A DNA stretch of 63,602 bases, filler included, from Nemertoderma westbladi (Eukaryota > Animalia > Xenacoelomorpha), in the NCBI GenBank assembly GCA_032718475.1. It is 5 parts of 5 records of this genome, joined end to end, with 100 filler letters (N's around TTAATTAATTAA, not from the genome) between each part and the next. Parts side by side here need not be neighbours in the genome. Positions count along the whole stretch, not along the records: positions 1 to 9,518 come from JAUCBJ010005640.1; positions 9,619 to 26,185 come from JAUCBJ010002437.1; 3 more parts are not named here. One strand, written 5' to 3'. Position numbers and translations under genes: made by a program. Below, piece after piece: positions 1-11,341 of the stretch (position 1 is the stretch's first letter; each line of letters begins with the position of its first letter). The notes beneath the pieces were generated by a model, which saw nothing but the letters and a program-made list of their open reading frames with translations, ran no database searches and had not been told where the DNA came from.

Positions 1-490
1 CTCTGTTTACATAGGTAGAGCGCCACGTCCTAAAAGGAACTGCTAATATTTCCCGAAAGTGAATAATATTTGTCAGAGATTATATATTAGTAATCAATCG
101 AATAATACAGTAGGCTTGACCGCAAATAAATTTAAGCCCACGAATCCAGTCTCCCGGTGTTATAAACGGGTCATTTGGACGCGCATGGACTGGCTTCGGC
201 TAATGTTTTTGGTTTGTTTTGTATTAAATCTTATCATCTTACAAAAGGCAGATTATCAATAAAGACATATAAATTTCGGCAGGTTAAACTGCTGAAGGTC
301 TATAAAAGCGCGTACAAGATTGCTAAAGACTAAAGAGCTAATTTTAGGAAAATCTGCCTTATATTTTTAGAATTATTATAATTAATTTTGTTATGTTTAT
401 AATGAATTGTATCTTTTGACAGACTACTTCATGTGCGACCGTGATAATAAAATTAAATGGTGCCGAAATATTTTCACTTAACTGCAGGTA
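1..490. repeat. Dispersed non-coding repeat (second, inverted copy at ~54240-54707)
   Basis: Bases 1-80 (ctctgtttacataggtagagcgccacgtcctaaaaggaactgctaatatttcccgaaagtgaataat) are the reverse complement of ~54630-54707, and similarity continues for ~450 bp. Confidence 0.8.
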
Positions 491-539
491 GGGGGGGGGG
501 GGGGGGGGGGGCAATCAACATTCTTCCCTCTCCAGGTAG

Positions 540-2590
540 ATAGGCAGGAAAACGGGGAGCTCATTCATGAGCCTAAGATTATAAGTAATTTATTCAATAA
601 CTATTTCATTAATGTAGCCTCGAATCTTGTCCAAAAATTGCCAATTGCTAAAAATAAATACAGTCTAAATTCGGAAATACTAAACAAATTTTACTCGGAA
701 AAGGTTAAGAATTCTCCAAAGTTATTTTTACAGCCTGTCTCAGAAGCTTATGTATTGAAAAATCTTGTCAGTATTTCGTCATCTAAAAGTACTGGACTGG
801 ACCAGATTCCAGCAAGGTTTCTTAAGGATGGTGCGGAAGTGCTAAAGATTCCTATTACTTACATAATTAACTACTCAATTTTAGAAAATGTAGTCCCGGA
901 TGATCTTAAATTGGCGAAGGTTGTTCCAATATTTAAAAAGAACAGTAAATTAGAAACCAGTAATTACAGGCCCATTAGTGTGTTAAGTATTGTATCCAAA
1001 ATTCTTGAACGTTCAGTGTACACTCAGCTAGAGTTCCATCTTAACAAACTCAATTTAATATACGAATTTCAATCTGGCTTCCGTAAATCTTACTCTACAG
1101 ATAGTTGTCTAATCAATTTGACGGATAATATTAGGTGTAACAACGCGAAGGGATTGTATACCGGTATGGTAATGTTAGATTTACAGAAGGCCTTTGACAC
1201 GGTTGATCACGAAATATTACTAGGAAAACTAGATCTTATGGGTGTGGGCTCAATTAATTGGTTCAGGTCATACTTATCAGATAGGGGTCAAGTTGTAGAT
1301 ATAAATAAAACTCAGTCCTCAGTTCAGAAAATTAAGTGTGGAGTACCGCAGGGTAGCATCTTAGGGCCGTTGCTGTTTGTATGTTACGTAAATGATATGA
1401 TTAGTAGCATAGATCCGGACTTTAAACTAATATTATACGCTGATGATAGTGCATTAATCTTTTCTCACAGGGACCCGGACACAATTTGTGAAAAACTAGG
1501 CAAAGTTCTAGAATCCTGCAACGAATGGCTCATCGATAATAAGCTTTCAATTCACTACGGCAAAACTGAAAATATTTTATTCGGCTCGAAAAGAAAATTA
1601 AACAAGTTCCGAAACTTTGAAGTAATTAGCAACGGCCACAAAATTGAAAATAAAAAAGAAGTTAAATATTTAGGCTCCAAATTGGATTGTAGTTTATCCG
1701 GAGAAAGCATTGTTAAAAATATTATTGCAAAAGTTAGTGGCAGACTAAAGTTTCTTTATCGACATAAAAATAGCCTAAATTTTAATTCTCGTAGGTTGCT
1801 TTCTTCATCTTTAATTCAATGTCATATTGACTATGCAAGTTCATCTTGGTATGAAGGCTTAACTAAAAATCTCAAAAATAGGTTACAAACAGCTCAAAAC
1901 AAGGTAGTACGTTTTATTAATGATTATAAACCACGTCACCATTTAACCCCTGAAGATTTTAATCAGTCTGGTTTAATTCAAGTAGACAGTAGAGTAAAGC
2001 AGCTTCGGCTCAACCATGTACATAAAGTTTTCAATGATAACTGCCCTAAATACTTAAATCAAAAATTTACCAAACTGAGTGATACACATTCATACGGCAC
2101 CAGAGCCAGCACATCAAATTTTTATGTTCCCAATTGTATATCCTTTGAAAGCGAAACGTTTTTCTTTAATGGAATAAAGAATTGGAATTCCTTACCGAAT
2201 AACATTAAAAATATTAAAAATGAACATGCCTTTAAGTCTGCAGTAAAATCCCATCTCCAAGACCAGTGCAAATTCTTATATAGCAGTATTTAGTTTAGTT
2301 CAATATTAAATAGGTGCATGTGCAATAATTAGTAATAATGTTCAATTTTGTATTTCTTGTATCTTATTTAGTTTAAATTATATAATTATTCTATATACAG
2401 TAGTTAGTTTAGTTTGTATTGGTAACCAAGTAACTTGAAGGACCCCCTTGGAAATAAGCTGCAAAGCTTTAGGGGTTATCCTTTATGTTATGTTGGACAA
2501 TACTTACTATACATTAATAATTTTACTGAGTTAATGTATTGGTTTCTATTGTTTGCATAATATATAAATAAATCTATCTATCTATCTATC
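540..2590 (+). mobile_element. 5'-truncated CR1/L2-group LINE with (TATC)n tail
   Basis: RT ORF 638-2293, followed by an AT-rich 3' UTR ending aataaatctatctatctatctatc. Confidence 0.9.
638..2293 (+). CDS. Non-LTR retrotransposon reverse transcriptase (ORF2 without endonuclease)
   Basis: Motifs NYRPISVL, QSGFR, LDLQKAFDTVDH, GVPQGSILGPLLF, YADD, KYLG, WNSLP; uninterrupted 551 aa. Confidence 0.93.
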   Translation: MPIAKNKYSLNSEILNKFYSEKVKNSPKLFLQPVSEAYVLKNLVSISSSKSTGLDQIPARFLKDGAEVLKIPITYIINYSILENVVPDDLKLAKVVPIFKKNSKLETSNYRPISVLSIVSKILERSVYTQLEFHLNKLNLIYEFQSGFRKSYSTDSCLINLTDNIRCNNAKGLYTGMVMLDLQKAFDTVDHEILLGKLDLMGVGSINWFRSYLSDRGQVVDINKTQSSVQKIKCGVPQGSILGPLLFVCYVNDMISSIDPDFKLILYADDSALIFSHRDPDTICEKLGKVLESCNEWLIDNKLSIHYGKTENILFGSKRKLNKFRNFEVISNGHKIENKKEVKYLGSKLDCSLSGESIVKNIIAKVSGRLKFLYRHKNSLNFNSRRLLSSSLIQCHIDYASSSWYEGLTKNLKNRLQTAQNKVVRFINDYKPRHHLTPEDFNQSGLIQVDSRVKQLRLNHVHKVFNDNCPKYLNQKFTKLSDTHSYGTRASTSNFYVPNCISFESETFFFNGIKNWNSLPNNIKNIKNEHAFKSAVKSHLQDQCKFLYSSI

Positions 2591-3084
2591 AGGTGAAAAT
2601 CGACGCAAATAACAGCTTGTTTACTACTGAAATAAAACTGCATCCTGTTCTATAGGAAAAAACATTATAGGGGAAACTTTAGCAAGTTGTGTTTATTTTA
2701 GCCGATAGACAAGATTACATGTTTACCAAGTTTGGTATAATTTAGTCAAAGATTGAATGAGTTAAGATTTTAAATTATCAGTGGAGGGTGAAGGCGGTTG
2801 GCCAGGATTCAGTTATACTTGAATAAAGAATAGTGATTAAACCAAGGGATACGCGATATGACACTGCTGTATAAGATCATTGAATGACTGTTGATTTTGA
2901 AACATTTAATTCAAAACTATATAAATGTTAATATAACGTTGGATTTTTTTTTGTAATAATTAACAGATGAATTATATTTCATTAATTTATTTTTTTATCT
3001 AATCACATTATTAAATAACGAAGCACAGAAATAATACTAAGATTTAATATTTAATTGAAGGTACAGTACCGAATTGAATATTTA

Positions 3085-3730
3085 AATGGGAGAATCTTTT
3101 AGGCTCGTTAAGCCAAGGAATGCCTGTTCACCACCATGGGTGATCTTTCACAGTAAACCCTTCCACTCTGTTTCCCAAGTTGCCTTGGTTCCCAATCGAC
3201 CACTGAAGGATGAAAGCCGGGGTTGGGCTAGGCTGCAGCATTTAAAGCACTGTGCCCCAACAGTACTGCTCCATATAGGGATCGAACATTGAATATTTGA
3301 GATTGCATAGAGTATTGAATATTGAATATCTTCGGCCGTCATCCCGTTGGTGACTGCATTGGCAACCATTTCGACAGTTTCGATTGGTTTCGGCTCTTCA
3401 GTCCCCGAATAGACCGATGGTCGGCGTGGTTGCTGTCCCCATGACTGAGGCTGCATTACCAACCAAAATTGCCATCTCCAGGCGTTGGAGCAGAAACTGG
3501 TGTGACCGCGGTTCGTGGGTGGCACTGTGGAGACGAGCCCCGATCTCCCGGAGGAAGGTGGATGTCTCTGGACCAGGGCGGCCAAAGGTCTCAAAGGCCA
3601 CGGGGTGAAATAAATGGCCCCGGTCCATTAGGTCGCGATACTTAAGAGTTTTTAATGCGCTCCGCCCCCTTAGCTGAGTGCCCCTCGGCAATGATGGTTT
3701 GTTGAAGGTGGCTGGGGGCCAGTGGATCTA
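3085..3730 (-). mobile_element. 3' fragment of a CRE-clade (restriction-like endonuclease) non-LTR retrotransposon
   Basis: Frameshifted DPLAPSHL...AERIK..KYRDL...FHPVAFETFG...FLLQRLEMAILVGNAASVMGT matches the CRE-type RLE C-terminus; a 3' UTR follows. Confidence 0.8.
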
Positions 3731-4756
3731 GTAATAATTAACGCAAAGATATGATTAGGTAGGCCTACGTGATATTACTGTATTAATTTCTCAAACCAAA
3801 CCTCCATTGACGTCAAATATATCCAATTTCTCAATCCATACTAATCCGTATGCAGGTATGTAATAATGCAGTAATGTACACTGTAATGCAATACCGGTAA
3901 TGTCAATGTCCAACCAAACAATGCGTTGAGTGTTATCGGACCAGCCTCCGAGAAATATTAGGCTAACTGTACCTCGCTCTGTCGCATCAGTTTTTGTAGT
4001 GGTCTCGCTGTAGTGGTCTCGCTGTGTCTCGCTACCAGAATCCGTTAGGCGTAGTGCATGATATAGAATCAGCACATCCTGACATCTGTGCAACACCTGA
4101 ACTCACGAGAGCATTTTACAGATGGTGGTCTAATTTATATGGTCTTGTACCGCGAAATCGTGTATTATTTACAGATGTAGGCTAAATTTCGGGTCTTGTA
4201 CCGTGCACAGTACTGGTGGGCCTACACAGCTACTGCTATTTTGCCTAATACAGGTCCCAGAGGTAAATCCTTACCCCACGGGCTGTTACCTCTCTGACTG
4301 ACAGCGCAACAGCCCTCTCTCCATCCCTCGGTGCCAGCGCCCCCACATAGCGCCGCCAACCCATCCATCCATTGGTTGAGATTGGTATCGTCCTTAGCAA
4401 CGAACAACCACTCAGGGCCGCCTTTTTAACATTTAAAGTTTATTTAACATATTATTAACAATCTTAATGATATTATTTCATACAATAAGCTGGACAAAAT
4501 AATCTCCACCCCAGTTAAATTTAACGGTATATACTATATATCCATCCATCTTACTCATCGCTGTCGCTATCAAGTATTATTAGTTGCATGGCCAATGGAA
4601 TTTGGTCCTGGAAATGGCAGAGGTAAAGATAACGTTGATTTACCACGTCTGGGTTGATGGTTCTCTTCACACGATAACAGAAAGGGTGGACCATTCAACT
4701 GATAGCTCCTGAAATGAGGTCGTCGATTACTCCGGATATCCTGGGTTTGAATGTCG

Positions 4757-5022
4757 ATGTCGCAGTGTCCGAGTGGATACGGCGCCTGAACTGCTTACAC
4801 AATAGTGTTTGGTTGTACAGGTTCGAATCCGACTAAAGGCTGTAGAAATTTCGCACTGTTGTGTCCCTAGGCAAGACACTTTAGACATTAGTGCCTACGC
4901 CAACCCAGCGGTATAATGGGAACCTGGCTTTGCTGGGGTAATGATAATAAAAGCGCTTTGAGTATGCTGAGCGTAGAAAAGCGCTATATAAATAACCAAT
5001 ATTATTATTATTATTATTATTT
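4757..5022 (+). mobile_element. tRNA-derived SINE with L2-type 3' tail and (ATT)n
   Basis: A-box tgtccgagtgg, B-box ggttcgaatcc, core tgtgtccctaggcaagacactt, tail aagcgctttgag...aaaagcgctatataaat followed by (att)n. Confidence 0.82.
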
Positions 5023-5939
5023 GAATTTCCTTCCGGAGTTGTTTAAATGAATAACCATTAGCTTTCATGTCCCGAGCTTTAGTAAGGAAGGTATAGAAGT
5101 TATTGTCAATCATATTACCATGTATTATAATTTCAGCTCTATAATATTCACCACCACCATATTTTACTTCATATGTATTAACTTTGCCAATTAAATCCCG
5201 TTGAAAATTCCTAACTTCTCTCTCTAAGTCAACCGCCCATATTGCTTTGTCATGCCGACAATATACAATTGCGTGTGTAATATCCATATCAATTGTTTAG
5301 AACATTTAGAACATCTATTTGAGATATTGCTGTTTTAATCCGTGAATAATAATCGGGTATAATAATAATCGCATAATAATGCAGTGATAATACAGTAATA
5401 ATAAAGAATAGGGCCTAGCCTACATCAGATGTCATGATATATGATGCCTTGGGCTGAATTCTGAATTGGGCTGAATAGAGAAGGTATTGAACCCCTAACC
5501 CTACAGTACCGGTAGGTATATTAAACAGCCTCTGCCTTTAAACATCCTCTGCCTATTGCTATAATAATAGGCTGATAATAGACCCCTAACAGCCTAAGGC
5601 AGGTATAGCGTATAGATAGGCAGCGTCACTGAAAGTACAATTTATAGAATTTTAAATTTCCCTCTACTACCAGAGAACTCAATATTCTCACTGGATTTTA
5701 CACTTACCTTAGCAGCTCCCTACCACGCACCTTAACAAGCTACCACCGACCTTAGCACGCTACCACCGACCTTAGCTTTTACCACGCACCTTAGGCATTC
5801 CTACTCATGACAGCATGAGCTACTGAACCACTTGAACAATGTTATACAAATAGATATGGTAAATGCAAATGAGGACTTAATGTAATCTTTATAGAAAGTT
5901 AATTCAAACAAAATAAATTTTTGAAAATCCACGGCATTT

Positions 5940-7475
5940 ATGAGAATATAATTCTATAAATGGAAAAACATGCACCCTTAAAAACAAAGATATTGAAAAG
6001 TAAAACCTCATCACCGTGGTATACTCCTGAATTGCGCCAACTTAAACGGTTACGGCGTTCACCAGAACGAACATGGCGATCACATTGCACTGAACAAACC
6101 CATTCCGCATACATAAACGCTCGAAATACATACAGCAAAGCATCGCAAAGGAAATATTACATTGGGAAAGTTGATGGGTGTAATGGCGATCAAGAAAACT
6201 ATTTTCATTGGTAAAATCTTTAACAATACCATTAAATAAAATTGAATTCCCCGACCCACAACCTGAATACACATTGTTTGATTCATTTGCAAACTTCTTT
6301 ATCGAAAAGATTGACAAGATTCGAGATGAAATATCTATACAGCAAGCCACTATATCTAACATAAATAGCAATTACACCAACCAACCTGAATTTGGAAACA
6401 CAACTTCACCAACATTTTCGAGATTTTCTAAACTTTCTTCAGATGAAATAAGGAGACTCATTATGAAATCTCCTAATAAACAGTGCAATTTTGACCCGCT
6501 TCCAACGTGGCGTGGCTGTTGAAAGAGGTCATTGACCTTCTCCTCCCAATAATAACTTAAAAATAGTGAATAAATCTTTGGAAAATGGGGTGTTTCCTGA
6601 ACAGTGGCTTGAAGCTATTATAACACCACTTCTTAAGAAACTCAAACTCAATCCGAAACTATTCCCTATCTTCCGACCTGTTAGTGGTTATCATTTTTGT
6701 CTAAACTAACAGAATGTGTAGTTTCCGAAGATACCACCGAAATTCTAATGGCAATGGATAAACAGATATTGTTCTACTCGATTTGAGCACTGCATTCGAT
6801 ACAGTTGATCATACAGTACTGTTAAACACATTGTGGTCAAAGTTTAAAATCGATGATGCCGAGCACTAGTGGTTCACTTCATTTCTCGGTGATAGGTGTA
6901 TGCGTGTCAAGGTTGATGGGGTTTTCTCTCGGAAAGTTCAGTTACGTTTTGGTTTTCCACAAGGATCTTGTTTGGGGTGTATTTTGTTCATCATTTACGT
7001 TACTGTCGTATACGAGATTGTCGTTAAACATTTACCAACGTTCATGGATTTGCTGACGACAAACAATTATACCTGTCGTTCAAACCAAACTGTGATTTCT
7101 CCGAACAGGCGGCTGTAACAGCTGTCGAACAATGTATAATTGAGATACAATGTTGGCTTATAAAAAACTGGCTAAAAATTAATGATGACAAAACTGAGTT
7201 TCTAATTATTGGGACGAAACAGCAGTTAGCCAAAGTTATTATCAACGTAATCAAAGTCGTCAATCATAGTACTGAACCAGTGAAAAATGTTCCGAATTAG
7301 GGTGCCTATTTTGACTTTACAATGACAATGGAAACTTTCGTTAGTCGAACATCTAGTGTTGTACCCTATCACTTAATAAATCTTTGGAAAATACGGCCAT
7401 ATCTTACACAATCGGCAGCAGAAAAGCTAGGTCATTCCTTGATATCAAGTCATTTGGATTACTGTAATTCACTTT
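5940..7475 (+). pseudogene. Degenerate L2/CR1-type LINE ORF2 (RT), many frameshifts
   Basis: Fragments KHAPLK, SPWYT, FANFFIEKI, DPLP, LLDLSTAFDTVDH, GFPQGSCLG, FADD, LKINDDKTE, LDYCNSL. Confidence 0.88.
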
Positions 7476-8917
7476 ACTTTTACTCACTCTATAGACGCGA
7501 GCAAACTCGGTCAATGTGACATACGTTCACCGACAACTTTACTTTTACTCACTCTATAGACCCGAGCGAACTCAGTCAATGTGACATACGTTCACCAATC
7601 ACTTTACTTTTACTCACTTTATAGACACGAGCGAACTTGGTCAATGTGACATACGTTCACCGATCACTTTACTTTTACTCACTCTATAGACGCGAGCAAA
7701 CTCGGTCAATGTGACATACGTTCACCGACAACTTTACTTTTACTCACTCTATAGATGCGAGCGAACTCGGTCAATGTGACATAAGTTCACCAATCACTTT
7801 ATTTTTACTCACTCTATAGACGCGAGCGAACTCGGTCAATGTGACATACGTTCACCGATCACTTTACTTTTACTCACTCTATAGATGCGAGCGAACTCGG
7901 TCAATGTGACATAAGTTCACCAATCACTTCACTTTTACTCACTCTATAGACGCGAGCAAACCTCGTCAATGTGACATACGTTCACCGACAACTTTACTTT
8001 TACTCACTCTATAGATGCGAGCGAACTCGGTCAATGTGACATAAGTTCACCAATCACTTTATTTTTACTCACTCTATAGACGCGAGCGAACTCGGTCAAT
8101 GTGACATACATTCACCGATCACTATAATTTTACTCACTCTATAGACGCGAGCAAACTCGGTCAATGTGACATACGTTCACCGATCACTTTACTTTTACTC
8201 ACTCTATAGACGCGAGCGAACTCGGTCAATGTGACATACGTTCACCAATCACTTTACTTTTACTCACTTTATAGACACGAGCGAACTTGGTCAATGTGAC
8301 ATACGTTCACCGATCACTTTACTTTTACTCACTCTATAGACGCGAGCAAACTCGGTCAATGTGACATACGTTCACCGATCAACTTTACTTTTACTCACTC
8401 TATAGACGCGAGCGAACTCAGTCAATGTGACATACGTTCACCAATCACTTTACTTTTACTCACTTTATAGACACGAGCGAACTTGGTCAATGTGACATAC
8501 GTTCACCGATCACTTTACTTTTACTCACTCTATAGACGCGAGCAAACTCGGTCAATGTGACATACGTTCACCGACAACTTTACTTTTACTCACTCTATAG
8601 ACGCGAGCGAACTCAGTCAATGTGACATACGTTCACCAATCACTTTACTTTTACTCACTTTATAGACACGAGCGAACTTGGTCAATGTGACATACGTTCA
8701 CCGATCACTTTACTTTTACTCACTCTATAGACGCGAGCAAACTCGGTCAATGTGACATACGTTCACCGATCACTTTACTTTTACTCACTCTATAGACGCG
8801 AGCAAACTCGGTCAATGTGACATACGTTCACCGACAACTTTACTTTTACTCACTCTATAGACGCGAGCGAACTCGGTCAATGTGACATAAGTTCACCAAT
8901 CACTTTATTTTTACTCT
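7469..8917. repeat. 60-bp tandem satellite, ~24 copies
   Basis: Unit cactttacttttactcactctatagacgcgagc(a/g)aactcggtcaatgtgacatacgttcaccga repeats with a period of 60. Confidence 0.97.
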
Positions 8918-9518
8918 ATGTCAAATTATTTAATGTTCTGGAATTACAAGGTGTGTTGGGGTGATTTAGAGCAACAAACTAGAAATCACGTACTTATATT
9001 TGATTTGGTATATAAACTTTGATTAATTAAATGATAACTACGTAGTGAATTTATTATTGCAGATTGTGGTTTGGTTTTACATTTCGATCTCGTGCGATGA
9101 GTAAGTCCCTATCAGTTTTGGGATTTTTCAGAATGGTTCAACCCACGACCTTTTAACATTTGTTCTATGGAGACATCTACAAGTTATCTTGTTTGTCTCA
9201 ATTGGCACACCTTATGCAGCAAGAGACTTTAATTTATTTTATGTATTTGTTATAAATGTATTTTGTTCATTTGTTGCAATTTTAGGCTGATTTTATATTA
9301 TAATAAATATGACGATTATAATTTTAGGCTGGATGGGCCACATAATAAAGATAAGGATCGGGTCCTAATAATAAAAAAATAAAAATAAAATATACATCAA
9401 ATCTCTTCAGTTATGTATTTGTAAAAAGCTGTGTAAGTTGTGTAAGACTTGTTGGGAGGATTATTACAGCTGCGATATATCACCAATAAACTAACTTATC
9501 CATAGGCCTTTGTCAGAT

Positions 9519-9618
9519 NNNNNNNNNNNNNNNNNNNNNNNNNNNNNNNNNNNNNNNNNNNNTTAATTAATTAANNNNNNNNNNNNNNNNNNNNNNNNNN
9601 NNNNNNNNNNNNNNNNNN
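9519..9618. other. Artificial contig linker (N44-TTAATTAATTAA-N44)
   Basis: Six-frame stop linker within Ns; identical at four sites. Confidence 0.97.
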
Positions 9619-10054
9619 GATAACAATGTGTTGGCAAGCTGTATTTTTCGAGGTGTTTGTTATTATACATTTATTATAGGAAGGGATCTAGGGGTCTTTT
9701 ACCTTACAATTACTTCAATTACAATTCTTAAATTTGTACACTATCCGGTTAAAAAGTACGCATGTGATGGGATTAGTCCTACAATTGCGCCAATAAAAGA
9801 TAAGTTATTTTCGGTAAAATAAAATTTATCATTCGAGGTAAAAGACCCCTAGATCCCTTCCTATAATAAATGTATAATAACAAACACCTCGAAAAATACA
9901 GCTTGCCAACACATTGTTACTGTCAATAATCAAAAAATCAGGGGCTAATAAAATGGCAGCTGGCTTTGAAATTAATACTCCATATCTCAACAACCTGTGG
10001 CCTAGTGGTTGTTGTCTCGGCTTCCACCTCGAGGTCCCAGGTTCGAATTCCGAC

Positions 10055-10097
10055 ACCACGCTGATGAGACCCAGTAAGCTCGAAACGCGTACGTGGT
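10055..10097 (+). ncRNA. Minimal type-I hammerhead ribozyme, copy 1 (stem II mismatch)
   Basis: accacg CTGATGA gacc-cagtaa-gctc GAAA cgcgta cgtggt. Confidence 0.8.
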
Positions 10098-10469
10098 TTG
10101 GAGAGATATGAGATATTAATTTCAAGAAAAATTACGCGATTCTTAAATTTGTACACTATCCGGTTAAAAAGTACGCATGTGATGGGATTAGTCCTACAAT
10201 TGCGCCAATAAAAGATAAGTTATTTTCGGGAAAATAAAACTTATCATTCGAGGTTAAGACCCCTAGATCCCTTCCTATAATAAATGTATAATAACAAACA
10301 CCTCGAAAAATACGCAGCTTGCCAACACATTGTTACTGTCAATAATCAAAAAATCAGGGGCTAATAAAATGGCAGCTGGCTTTGAAATTAATACTCCATA
10401 TCTCAACAACCTGTGGCCTACTGGTTGTTGTCTCGGCTTCCACCTCGAGGTCCCATGTTCGAATCCGAC

Positions 10470-10513
10470 ACCACGCTGGATGAGACCCAGTATGGTCGAA
10501 ACGCGTACGTGGT
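10470..10513 (+). ncRNA. Hammerhead copy 2 (extra G in core, CTGGATGA; probably inactive or a sequencing error)
   Basis: accacg ctggatga gacc-cagtat-ggtc gaaa cgcgta cgtggt. Confidence 0.65.
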
Positions 10514-10827
10514 TTGGAGAGATATGAGATATTAATTTCAAGAAAAATTACGCGATTCCTAAATTTGTACACTACCCGGTTAAAAGGTACGCATGTGATG
10601 GGATTAGTCCTACAATTGCGCCAATAAAAGATAAGTTATTTTCGGTAAAATAAAACTTATCATTCGAGGTAAAAGACCCCTAGATCCCTTCCTATAATAA
10701 ATGTATAATAACAAACACCTCGAAAAATACAGCTTGCCAACACATTGTTACTGTCAATAATCAAAAAATCAGGGGCTAATAAAATGGCAGCTGGCTTTGA
10801 AATTAATACTCCATATCTCAACAACCT

Positions 10828-10881
10828 GTGGCCTAGTGGTTGTAGTCTCGGCTTCCACCTCGAGGTCCCAGGTTCGAATCC
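10828..10881 (+). promoter_or_regulatory. tRNA-like internal Pol III promoter (A and B box) of the retrozyme unit (representative copy)
   Basis: A-box tggcctagtgg, anticodon-like loop cttccac, B-box ggttcgaatcc; present in all four full units. Confidence 0.75.
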
Positions 10882-10884
10882 GAC

Positions 10885-10927
10885 ACCACGCTGATGAGAC
10901 CCAGTAAGGTCGAAACGCGTACGTGGT
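10885..10927 (+). ncRNA. Minimal type-I hammerhead ribozyme, copy 3 (intact)
   Basis: Stem I accacg/cgtggt, core CUGAUGA, stem II gacc/ggtc, GAAA, palindromic stem III acgcgt, GUA cleavage triplet. Confidence 0.92.
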
Positions 10928-11298
10928 TTGGAGAGATATGAGATATTAATTTCAAGAAAAATTACGCGATTCTTAAATTTGTACACTATCCGGTTAAAAA
11001 GTACGCATGTGATGGGATTAGTCCTACAATTGCGCCAATAAAAGATAAGTTATTTTCGGTAAAATAAAACTTATCATTCGAGGTAAAAGACCCCTAGATC
11101 CCTTCCTATAATAAATGTATAATAACAAACACCTCGAAAAATACAGCTTGCCAACACATTGTTACTGTCAATAATCAAAAAATCAGGGGCTAATAAAATG
11201 GCAGCTGGCTTTGAAATTAATACTCCATATCTCAACAGCCTGTGGCCTAGTGGTTGTAGTCTCGGCTTCCACCTCGAGGTCCCATGTTCGAATCCGAC

Positions 11299-11341
11299 AC
11301 CACGCTGATGAGACCCAGTAAGGTCGAAACGCGTACGTGGT
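11299..11341 (+). ncRNA. Minimal type-I hammerhead ribozyme, copy 4 (intact)
   Basis: Identical to copy 3. Confidence 0.92.

Noticed and set aside
4222-4420. GC-rich patch that might be a retroelement 5' end or HDV-like ribozyme
   Set aside because: I could not build the nested double pseudoknot by eye; unsupported without a structural search.
7469-8917. CRISPR-like regular array (also 53888-54108 and 55722-56104)
   Set aside because: Contiguous repeats with no unique spacers, no cas genes, eukaryotic context.
9519-9618. Recurrent TTAATTAATTAA inside N runs
   Set aside because: Artificial six-frame-stop linker; adjacency across these gaps is not evidence of linkage.
10820-10890. Functional tRNA-Gly(TCC) gene cluster
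   Set aside because: Acceptor and T stems do not pair properly; better read as a tRNA-derived promoter.
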